64,000 nt of DNA from assembly GCA_028282845.1 (NCBI GenBank), contig JANQGY010000005.1, positions 69,797 through 133,796 of the forward strand, written 5' to 3'. This DNA comes from a bacterium. Its GTDB lineage: Bacteria > Fidelibacterota > Marinisomatia > Marinisomatales > JAHJCW01. The translations under genes were made by a program, and so were the position numbers. This document shows positions 50,595-59,258 of the stretch, piece by piece. The notes below the pieces were generated by a model, which was given only the letters and a program-made list of their open reading frames with translations, searched no databases and had not been told where the DNA came from. How positions within the stretch are numbered: the stretch's first letter is position 1; the number at the start of each line of letters is the position of its first letter.

Positions 50595-50736
50595 TAATAA
50601 TTATCCGCATTTAGGTTATTTTACAGCGCCAAGATTATTGGTAAATCGCGAATTGCGCAAGTACTCTTTGATTTAAGCAGCGTTTTGCAAAAAACAGATA
50701 TTGTTCTAAATTCGCACCCTCAAAATTGGAGCAGGC

Positions 50737-51522
50737 ATGAAACAATGGGTATTAATATTAGGGTGTTCAACCGGTCATGGCGGTGCAACGGCTAAACGTT
50801 TAGCCGAAGATGGCTATGGCATTCTCGGTTTTCATCTTGATCGGGCAGAAATAAAAAAACAAGCGCTGAAATTCCGTGATGAACTGGCAGAATTAAATGG
50901 CGGCAGAGTGCATTTTTGGAACAAGAATGCTGCCGATTTAGCCACTATGGATGAGTACGTTTCCATTATCAAAGATATAATCGGCGACGATGTTTTAAAG
51001 TTATTATTACATTCCATTGCATTTGGAACCACAATGAACCTACTCGGCGATAAACATGTTACTCGCAAGCAGATGGACATGACCGTGCATGTAATGGGAA
51101 TGTCCATGTTATACTGGACACAGAAATTGCATGATGCGGATTTGATTGGACAAGGTTCGCGCGTGATGGGTTTTACAAGCGAAGGTAATTATGTTTCCAT
51201 GGAAGGTTACGGACCGGTCAGCGTTGCTAAAGTTACCATGGAAGCTATCATTCGGCAGATCGGGTGGGAGCTTGGCAAATTCGGAATAACCGGAAACGTG
51301 ATTCAAGCCGGCGTTACGCCGACGCGCGCACTCACGAAAATTTCTGATAGATGGGAAGATTGGGTGGAGCGCACAAAATATCGCAATCCAATGCGCCGCA
51401 CAACTACTCCTGAAGACGTTGCCAATACCGTGTCGCTAATGTTGCAGCCGGAAGCCGATTTTATAAATTGTTCCACTATCCATTGTGATGGGGGCGAGCA
51501 CCGATCGGGAAGAATATATTAA
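50737..51522 (+). CDS. Divergent-SDR enoyl-ACP reductase-like protein (FabI/FabL type)
   Basis: 261 aa. Rossmann-like LILGCSTGHGGATAKRL. Catalytic spacing Y-x6-K (YGPVSVAK), characteristic of enoyl reductases rather than the classical SDR YxxxK. Divergent from fabA. Confidence 0.6.
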   Translation: MKQWVLILGCSTGHGGATAKRLAEDGYGILGFHLDRAEIKKQALKFRDELAELNGGRVHFWNKNAADLATMDEYVSIIKDIIGDDVLKLLLHSIAFGTTMNLLGDKHVTRKQMDMTVHVMGMSMLYWTQKLHDADLIGQGSRVMGFTSEGNYVSMEGYGPVSVAKVTMEAIIRQIGWELGKFGITGNVIQAGVTPTRALTKISDRWEDWVERTKYRNPMRRTTTPEDVANTVSLMLQPEADFINCSTIHCDGGEHRSGRIY

Positions 51523-51568
51523 AGTTTTAAGTAAGAAGTTTAAAGGTCTAAATTAAGTTAAGAAATTA

Positions 51569-54286
51569 TTATAGTTTGGATTTTAGTTTTTCTAATGCAA
51601 TTTTTGCTTCTTTTAAACCTAGATTATATGCTTGTTGATAAAAAGATAGAGCTTTGTCATAATTTTTTGAAAACCACTTTTTATCCTGTATGTTTTCTTC
51701 TTCCTTTCCCTTTTGAAAAAGATCTTCAGCAGTTCGTTTCTTTTCTATTTCCATTTCTTCTTGAATTTTATCTTTCTCAAATTGTTGTTTCTCTTTAATA
51801 CTTATAATATTTTTAATTTCACTTTCAATAGATAGGCCTAATTCCCAAACATCAATACTTCCATCAGTATTTTCACATGCCATCCGTTGCCAATCTGAAC
51901 TAAAACAATGCCTTATGGGACTATATTCTTTATTAGTCTTGATTGTTTTGGTATAGTCCTTATTTGTAATGTCAAGAAATATAATCTCATCGCCCGCACT
52001 AAAAGATAATATATTACTATCAGGAGAAAACGAAATAGTATGTTGATAAATACTTTTGTCACATTCATAAATACAATTGTGATTTACTAAATCCCAGAGT
52101 TCAATTCCAGCACTAGCAGAGGTATGGCTTTGAATTTTGAGACCTGCTAATAATTTTCCATTAGGACTAAAACATAAATTCCCCAAGTATGAATCGATAG
52201 TCGTAATACTAGTTCGTTTTTTGACGTCCCAAATGACGGTATTTTTATTTTCTATGGAAGCAAATGCTACAATGCTGCTATCAGGCTTAAAACATATATT
52301 ATGTAACCAAGAGTTGGTTAATTGAGTCATTATGCATTCATTTTTAGCAACATCATATAGTTCATTGCCTCTGGTGCTTGGTATAACCAGCCATTGCTTA
52401 TTGGGACTAAGTAAAACATCATTACCATATCCATCACAGCTTAGGTCTTTAACAAATAGCGTAGTAATTAAAGATTGTTTTTCAATATCCCAAAGGCTCA
52501 CCTTATCTATAGTTTCACGGATAGAGACAGCCCATTTAGAATCAGAGCTAAAATAGAGCGCAGATTGTATTACGTCGCCAAATGTGGTAATTTTAGTGTT
52601 TGTTGCAATATCCCACAAGGTAATAGCTTTCTGATCGTGCGGAGAAGTATAAATTAGTAACTCACTATCGTAGCTAAAATGAACAGGGCTATTTAGTCGT
52701 ACTGACAGTTTGTTGACACATGTTTTCCTATCCACATCCCATAGCTGAATAGTGCTGTCATAATCAACAGTTAGCCTAGCGGCTATCCACTTACCATTGG
52801 GACTGATGCTTAAACGTTTTAGTGAAGTGAAATCAGTTTGGTTGTCTTTTAATCCTGCAGTGAATAATGGTGGATAGTTGTCTAAATTATGTTGAAAATA
52901 TTGATTTGCTTTTAATTGTTTTTCAATTGTTTCTAATTTTCCGCTCCAAAATGTGCTAAAATCATTTTTACTTAATCTGGTTTTTTTAATTTTTTCAATA
53001 ATCGTTTTATGTTCTCTAAATATTGTCAATCTCTTCTCAATATCAGGTATTCTTTTTATCATATCTAAAGCAGGAAGATATTGACCATTTTTAATTACTC
53101 TTTTTATCTGACTAAAATCCTTTTCAATATCGCCATCATTACTATCCTTTAAATCTGGAAAAGTCGTTTCTAATAAATTGAATTTACTTGAAAGATCATT
53201 ACATGCATTTTCAGTAAGAAGTAGCAAAAGGCTCATGACTGTATTTGCATTAGACAATACTCGGTCGTTTGCAACGATAGTTGAATAAATAGGTTTATTT
53301 TCAATAGCAGGTCTTAAAATTCGTGCTGCTTTTTCTTGTTGGTTCGTTTGTACCAAACATCTAGCCAAGTTTAGATTCGCTTCCAAATATAACGGATTTA
53401 GTTTTATAGATTTTTCAAATAGTATAATTGCTTCATCAAATTTACCTTGTACATAACAAGAAAAGCCTGTTTGAAAATATGAATCAGCTGCTATTGATTT
53501 GATACTGTTAGAACTAATATTTTGACTTTTTAGGTCTTTTGAAGTGTCACCGGCTAAAATGTTAATTAAACGAATCGCCTTGGGATCATTTTCTACAATA
53601 GAATACTTTGCAGACCGCCGGAAGTAATTTTCTGCTTTTTCCAAATCTAGTGAAGCAGGACTATATAAATATATCATACCGATTCGGTATAAAACAGTAT
53701 AATCAGTTTTTTCTCTTTTTTCAGCCTCAAGTAAATTTTCAAGGGCATCTTTATACAAATCTTGATCGAGCTTGGCATTGATGTAATGCTTTAGTCCCTG
53801 TTCGATATAATATATACGTTCTTTCTGGAAATCAGGGATCCTAAGAAGTTCAGCGATATTCTTTGATAAAAGATTTGAAATACGAAGTTCGTCGATTAGA
53901 ATACTAAAATTTGTACCAACCATAAAGCCAAGGTGGCTTATTTCATCGCTTATTTGTGATGACATGCTTTCAATAGAGCCTATAAGTTGCACAGTTTGTT
54001 GTCTAATTGCATCAATTTGCTCTTGAGATGCGTAATTAATCTCATTTGCTACATGTTCTGCTTGTTGTGCAGTCGCTTTAATTAGGGTATTTGATGTCTC
54101 AATAATTGAATTTGTCAAACCATTTAATTGTACTTCGGTTTGCGCATTTATCAAGTTATTATATTTATCAGTTTGGTTTTTAATAGCTGTTTCAATATCA
54201 CCTATATATGCTTCTTTTTGCAAATGTTGGCGCCATTGATCATAATATGAAGCAGAAGAACTGAAGTCAATATAAAAATGTGCCAT
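51569..54286 (-). CDS. Orphan 905-aa protein: N-terminal coiled-coil, TPR region, helical linker, about 8 WD40-like blades, coiled-coil, C-terminal Sel1-like repeat. No enzymatic motif, signal peptide or TM segment seen.
   Basis: A long uninterrupted ORF in low-GC DNA. TPR-like segments (GFSCYVQGKFDEAIILFEKSIKLNP). Repeated blades such as ISPNGKWIA...STIQLWDV, FSPNGKLLA...IELWDL, FSPDSNILS. C-terminus ALSFYQQAYNLGLKEAKIAL. Confidence 0.85.
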   Translation of the reverse strand: MAHFYIDFSSSASYYDQWRQHLQKEAYIGDIETAIKNQTDKYNNLINAQTEVQLNGLTNSIIETSNTLIKATAQQAEHVANEINYASQEQIDAIRQQTVQLIGSIESMSSQISDEISHLGFMVGTNFSILIDELRISNLLSKNIAELLRIPDFQKERIYYIEQGLKHYINAKLDQDLYKDALENLLEAEKREKTDYTVLYRIGMIYLYSPASLDLEKAENYFRRSAKYSIVENDPKAIRLINILAGDTSKDLKSQNISSNSIKSIAADSYFQTGFSCYVQGKFDEAIILFEKSIKLNPLYLEANLNLARCLVQTNQQEKAARILRPAIENKPIYSTIVANDRVLSNANTVMSLLLLLTENACNDLSSKFNLLETTFPDLKDSNDGDIEKDFSQIKRVIKNGQYLPALDMIKRIPDIEKRLTIFREHKTIIEKIKKTRLSKNDFSTFWSGKLETIEKQLKANQYFQHNLDNYPPLFTAGLKDNQTDFTSLKRLSISPNGKWIAARLTVDYDSTIQLWDVDRKTCVNKLSVRLNSPVHFSYDSELLIYTSPHDQKAITLWDIATNTKITTFGDVIQSALYFSSDSKWAVSIRETIDKVSLWDIEKQSLITTLFVKDLSCDGYGNDVLLSPNKQWLVIPSTRGNELYDVAKNECIMTQLTNSWLHNICFKPDSSIVAFASIENKNTVIWDVKKRTSITTIDSYLGNLCFSPNGKLLAGLKIQSHTSASAGIELWDLVNHNCIYECDKSIYQHTISFSPDSNILSFSAGDEIIFLDITNKDYTKTIKTNKEYSPIRHCFSSDWQRMACENTDGSIDVWELGLSIESEIKNIISIKEKQQFEKDKIQEEMEIEKKRTAEDLFQKGKEEENIQDKKWFSKNYDKALSFYQQAYNLGLKEAKIALEKLKSKL

Positions 54287-54402
54287 TTAAATAATGTTTC
54301 TTTTTAATTTATATTTTATATAGAGCAATGTTGAATCAATGTAGCCCTACTCATTAACAAATTTACATTTATATTAAATCTAATTAAAACTGTAGTTTTT
54401 CT

Positions 54403-56106
54403 CTAAACGATTATATCAGAATGATTATCTACGATGTTTCTGTCGCCGCTTAGGACAAACTCAGCGTTTTCTTTTATTCCAATAGCTGCTTGGTTTATCC
54501 AAATTTCAGCAAGTTTTGCTTTGCGTTCATCCTTTTGTGCACCATCAATGAATAAGGTTGCAATATAAATATCAATGCCCATTTTGACAATCGTTTCAGA
54601 AATATACTCAACATACTCGTGGTCTTTTTGTTCACGCACATGGACAACCGCATTATCAAAATCGGCGACCATTATTTTGATATTTTCTACAAAATTAGTT
54701 AGATCGGCTGAAAATGATTGCTCAGCAAACTTTATAAATTCTTTATCCAATACACCGGATAAAATACCGCCGATCGCAGCGACGACCTGTAGCTGAGAAG
54801 TGCCTTCATAAATGTTAGTTATCCGCGCATCACGATAATAGCGTTCCATATTATAATCTTTCATATAGCCATTACCGCCCATAACCTGAATACCATTATA
54901 AGCGGTTTGATTGGCCATCTCGGCGTTAAAATATTTTGAGAAAGGAGTTAAAACAGCAGCTAATCGTTCTAAATATTTTGTTTCCGCTCGATCAGCATCA
55001 GGATTTTTATGGTTAGCCTTTAGTTTATCAACCACTAAGCCGGTTTCATAAAGCAGCAGTCTTCCGGCTTCAATGTTTAGGCGCATCTCGGCTAACATTT
55101 TATAAACGGCGGGAATCGCAATGATCGGTTTATCAAATTGAATGCGTGTTTCGGCATATTCTTTGGCAAGGACATAAGCCGCCTCGGCGATGCCTAAAGC
55201 CTGCGCCGCCACCGCGATACGTGCACCGTTCATCAATGCCATTATGTATTTGATCAGGCCGAACTTTCGTTTGCCTACTAAATAAGCCGGCGTATTATTG
55301 AAGGTCATTTCACAGGTCGGCGAGCCGTGAATACCTAATTTTTCTTCGATGCGATCAATATAAATTGTCTCATCTTTTTGGCAGACAAACATGGATAATC
55401 CACGCCCGTCGCTTGTTCCCTGCTCGGAACGGGCAAGCACTAATAACGTTGTGCCGTTACCGTTAGTGATGAATCGTTTAGTGCCATTAATGCGCCAAAC
55501 ACCATTTATATCGCCGTCTTCCGGCGGCGTGGCAACCGTCTTGACCGATTGCAGATCGGAGCCGTAATCCGGCTCGGTAAGAACCATTGCGCCGGTTGCT
55601 TCACCGGCCGCTAATTCGGGAATATATTTTTCTTTCTGCAATTCACTGCCAAAATCCTCAATGGTTTCGGCGATATCCTGTAATCCGACCATCGTCATCA
55701 AGGAGGCATCGGCACGCGACACCATTTCTATGATAGCTAACTTCACCGTTTGCGGCATGTTCAGTCCGCCGTATTCGTAGGGCAGTGAAATGCCCATTAA
55801 ATTCATTTCTTTGAAATCATCCAAATTTTCCAGAACAAGTGGATTCATTTTGACCTCGCCGTTCTCACAAATATGCCCTTCTTCGTCAATTTGTTGTGCG
55901 CGTTCGAATATCGGTCCGGCGCAGATGTCGCCTACAACCTCTAATATATCTAAATAATTTTGGGCCGCTTCGGCACCATCGGCGGGAGCAAAATCATGTT
56001 CTTTGGCATTGGAATAATCGCCCTCAACAATATCGGCTAACGCCTTCATATCTAAGCGGTCCAAGTTAAATTTGATGTCGGGATTATCTGTGAAATAATT
56101 TGGCAT
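54403..56106 (-). CDS. Acyl-CoA dehydrogenase (long form with a C-terminal extension)
   Basis: 567 aa. ACAD middle and C-terminal domain patterns (GAMVLTEPDYGSDL, RFITNG, YEGTSQLQ). Confidence 0.9.
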   Translation of the reverse strand: MPNYFTDNPDIKFNLDRLDMKALADIVEGDYSNAKEHDFAPADGAEAAQNYLDILEVVGDICAGPIFERAQQIDEEGHICENGEVKMNPLVLENLDDFKEMNLMGISLPYEYGGLNMPQTVKLAIIEMVSRADASLMTMVGLQDIAETIEDFGSELQKEKYIPELAAGEATGAMVLTEPDYGSDLQSVKTVATPPEDGDINGVWRINGTKRFITNGNGTTLLVLARSEQGTSDGRGLSMFVCQKDETIYIDRIEEKLGIHGSPTCEMTFNNTPAYLVGKRKFGLIKYIMALMNGARIAVAAQALGIAEAAYVLAKEYAETRIQFDKPIIAIPAVYKMLAEMRLNIEAGRLLLYETGLVVDKLKANHKNPDADRAETKYLERLAAVLTPFSKYFNAEMANQTAYNGIQVMGGNGYMKDYNMERYYRDARITNIYEGTSQLQVVAAIGGILSGVLDKEFIKFAEQSFSADLTNFVENIKIMVADFDNAVVHVREQKDHEYVEYISETIVKMGIDIYIATLFIDGAQKDERKAKLAEIWINQAAIGIKENAEFVLSGDRNIVDNHSDIIV

Positions 56107-56187
56107 AGTAATTCCTATAAATTCAATTAAGCATTAAATATGATTATTAAAATAATCAGCAAAGATAAAGTTTTGCGGGCAGTTTTG

Positions 56188-57453
56188 CTACACTAAAATC
56201 GAATCAACAGTTTCTGTATCCTGCTTGGGATCTTTTACAAAAAAGATCATCATCATTACACCGATCAACAGAAATAATCCGATAAAATAAAAAGCCCACG
56301 TAGCGCCAAATGTTTCTGTGATCGTTCCTGCTAAAATTATTGAGAGCAGTGTGAAAGGTGCTATTGAACTGTCAATTAAAGCCATGAAAAGTTTACCATC
56401 GCGCTTGCCGGCAAAAGAATAAACTAAGTTCATGGCCGAGGGCATAAATGCTCCCATGCCCATTCCCACGAATACAAACACTAAATAAACACCGGCCATA
56501 GAATTAACCAAGAGAGCAAGGGTAACGGCTGTTAAATTTGAGATATAAGCAAGCGAGATGGCATATTTGTGTCCGTATTTGTCGCCGATCAGTCCGGCTA
56601 AATAGCTCGCTATTCCATAGGAGACAACATTAATAACCGTAAAGATGCCCGCCTCACTGACATCAAATCCGAGCTTGTCTTGCATGAAAACTGCATATAA
56701 TGAAACTGCCGGATAATTAACTGTTAAAACCGCCCGTGATATTAAATATCGCCGAAAATTGCGATGCTTGGTGAGGATAGTTTTAGTCTCGGAAAGAAAA
56801 TCTTTGACGGTTTTATGAATAAAAGGATCCTTGGATGTTCGCATTTTCATTCCTAAAAATAATAGCGTGGCAATCAGGATCGCTAAGCCATAAACCGCAA
56901 AGCCCCAGCCAAAGTTGCGCGGAAATTCGATCGAACTGCTTAAAAGTAATTTCACTAAAATTCCACCGCAAAAACCACCGATGCTGTTAAAGGCAAATGA
57001 AATCCCGAAAAACCGCCCGCGATCGTTATCGCTGACAACCTGTCTCAAAAAACCGGCCCAAACCGGAATTATAACACCAACGCCCAAACCATACAGAATA
57101 AAACAGATATAATAATAGATCCAGGCACTTGGACCGGTTGGCGCAAAAAAGGCAAAAACAAACCACATCATGAAGATGGGGGGCAAGATTGAAAAATGAA
57201 CCGAGATTGCCAAGCTCTTGATGTTCTGTGTATTGCGTGATAAAATAGTGGTTAAAAATTGCGGCATTGCAACTAATATTGAAAACAGTCCGGCTATCGA
57301 AACAATTACAGCATCAGGTGCACCAAGGGTTTTTAAGAATAGCGGAACAGCCGCATAAACGGAATGGAAAGCCAAACCAAACCCCCAAAAATATTCATGG
57401 ATCGAATTTAAAGCTAAGTTTCGGCGCTTGTCAGATTTACTTAGGTTTCCCAT
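56188..57453 (-). CDS. MFS transporter
   Basis: 421 aa, about 12 TM helices. D-R-G-R-like loop VVSDNDRGRFFG between TM2 and TM3. Confidence 0.8.
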   Translation of the reverse strand: MGNLSKSDKRRNLALNSIHEYFWGFGLAFHSVYAAVPLFLKTLGAPDAVIVSIAGLFSILVAMPQFLTTILSRNTQNIKSLAISVHFSILPPIFMMWFVFAFFAPTGPSAWIYYYICFILYGLGVGVIIPVWAGFLRQVVSDNDRGRFFGISFAFNSIGGFCGGILVKLLLSSSIEFPRNFGWGFAVYGLAILIATLLFLGMKMRTSKDPFIHKTVKDFLSETKTILTKHRNFRRYLISRAVLTVNYPAVSLYAVFMQDKLGFDVSEAGIFTVINVVSYGIASYLAGLIGDKYGHKYAISLAYISNLTAVTLALLVNSMAGVYLVFVFVGMGMGAFMPSAMNLVYSFAGKRDGKLFMALIDSSIAPFTLLSIILAGTITETFGATWAFYFIGLFLLIGVMMMIFFVKDPKQDTETVDSILV

Positions 57454-58345
57454 TTCCCTTTTGTTGTTCTTTGGTTAGCAGAATGATCGAGGTAATTAGC
57501 ACCAAACCGCCGATGATCTGCACCGGCGATAGAACCCTTCCGCGCAGGGCATCAATTGCCACGGCGGACAAGGGCCAAAATAATTCATAGATCGTAGCGT
57601 GCGAAGCCCGGACATTTTTTAATCCGTAATAATAAATGAACAATGCCACGGAACCGGTTGTAAACACTATCAGCAAGATAATTTTCCATTGTGTAAGTGT
57701 TACCAAAGCAAATTCTGAATACCCACGAATTGCCAACAGAACAGCTAGAGAGATAATTGCTGTAACGCTTAACCGCAAAGCTGTTACGACCGGGAATGAA
57801 AGTTTGTTAAGGGCACTTTTTCCTAAAACGGTGGAACTCCCCCAACAGAAAGCCGCCAAAAGCGCGAGCAAAGCGGCAATGATGGTTTTATCGTCGCCAC
57901 CGGCGATAGGATTCAAGCCAAAGGTAACGAAATAACCACCCAAAATAGCTAAGCCTGCCAAGATCAAAAAACGCCGTGAGAGTTTCTCTTTTAGAACCAC
58001 CGCTGCGAGGGAAATTGCAAAAAGCGGTTGGAATTTTTGCAATAGTACGACTACGGAAAGATCAATATAATTGATGTAACTGAGTGCTTTTGTATAGAAA
58101 AACAATCCCAACAAACCGCCGAAAACGCTAATCCAGAATATTGATGACCACGCTCGTTGTCCCATCGCGGCAATTTCATGTTTCCCTCTGATTAAAAAAG
58201 GAAGAAAAACAATTGCGCCGAGCGTGTGTTCAATTGCAACAATCAGGAACGATGAAACGGAATATAACTCTTGTCTTAAAAATCCATCTAAGCTCCACAG
58301 CAAAGCCGCAAAGATGATAGCTATGATTGGCAGGTATTTTTTCAT
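57437..58345 (-). CDS. EamA/DMT-family transporter
   Basis: 302 aa, 10 TM helices. 17-nt overlap with the downstream MFS gene. Confidence 0.8.
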   Translation of the reverse strand: MKKYLPIIAIIFAALLWSLDGFLRQELYSVSSFLIVAIEHTLGAIVFLPFLIRGKHEIAAMGQRAWSSIFWISVFGGLLGLFFYTKALSYINYIDLSVVVLLQKFQPLFAISLAAVVLKEKLSRRFLILAGLAILGGYFVTFGLNPIAGGDDKTIIAALLALLAAFCWGSSTVLGKSALNKLSFPVVTALRLSVTAIISLAVLLAIRGYSEFALVTLTQWKIILLIVFTTGSVALFIYYYGLKNVRASHATIYELFWPLSAVAIDALRGRVLSPVQIIGGLVLITSIILLTKEQQKGNGKPK

Positions 58346-58414
58346 GGGCGGAAATTACAGTAATATGTGCCACAGAGGACATAGAGAAAAGCGGTATTTT
58401 AGTTAGCAATCATT

Positions 58415-58438
58415 TGAATAAAGCCCCGCAAACGGGGC
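58415..58438 (-). terminator. Probable intrinsic terminator after yqgE
   Basis: Minus strand reads GCCCCG-TTTG-CGGGGC followed by TTTATTC. Confidence 0.5.
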
Positions 58439-58462
58439 AGGCTAAGAGGGGAATTAAAACAT

Positions 58463-58486
58463 GTCATTCCCGCGAAAGCGGGAATC
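58463..58486. repeat. REP/MITE-like GC-rich palindromic unit
   Basis: gtcATTCCCGCgaaaGCGGGAATc: 8-bp stem, GAAA loop. From memory it resembles a short palindromic element family seen in many bacterial genomes. Only one copy occurs in this window. Confidence 0.4.
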
Positions 58487-58549
58487 TATAATTATAAATA
58501 TCCACAATCAGGCAGGTGATAATAATAAAAAGGTGCTTATGAAATAGAA

Positions 58550-59107
58550 CTAAGCCTGTCCGCTTAATCCGGTAGAATCGCTTGTATCAATGCCAAGCGT
58601 ACGGGCAGCCTGACTCCACATATATTTTTCCGGCACATTGAAAATAAAATCAGGCGTAGCGGTTTGCAGGAGCCAGTCGCCGCGCTCAATCTCCTTTTCA
58701 AGTTGTCCGCCGCTCCAACCAGAATGTCCAAGGAACAATTTATAATTTTTTGGCCCTTGTTTTTTCGAAATGTCAGCTAAAATATCACGATGACTAGTCA
58801 TTGCAATCTTGTCATTTATCGCGACTGAGGCTTTTACGGTATGATCAGTGCTGTGCAAAATGATTCCTCTTTCAATCATTACCGGTCCGCCGAAATGAAC
58901 AGTTGGAACAATTTTTAGAATATTCTCATTATCTTCGTAGAGCTCGGTAAATAATTTTTTGAGATCGGGTTCAACAAATTGCCGGTTTATAACCAACCCC
59001 ATTGCCCCGTCTTTGGTATGTTCACAGATGTAAACAACGGTTTTTCCAAAATAGGGATCCGCCATGTGAGGCATTGCAATCAGTATATGATTTTGTAAAG
59101 AGTTCAT
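58550..59107 (-). CDS. yqgE: YqgE/AlgH family protein (UPF0301)
   Basis: LQNHILIAMP...DPYF..TVVYICEH...GAMGLVINR pattern. ATG 59107 is preferred over TTG 59113. Confidence 0.85.
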   Translation of the reverse strand: MNSLQNHILIAMPHMADPYFGKTVVYICEHTKDGAMGLVINRQFVEPDLKKLFTELYEDNENILKIVPTVHFGGPVMIERGIILHSTDHTVKASVAINDKIAMTSHRDILADISKKQGPKNYKLFLGHSGWSGGQLEKEIERGDWLLQTATPDFIFNVPEKYMWSQAARTLGIDTSDSTGLSGQA

Positions 59108-59258
59108 ATTCAAATCTAAAGCTTTGATTGTCTTGGTACAATATTATAATTCCAACGATTGTACTATGGTTTTGTTCAATAAAAAAATCACAATCGTTTT
59201 TTGAAAGAAGATTAGAGAGAACTAAATTTAAGATTGCATTTTTAACAAGAATAATATT

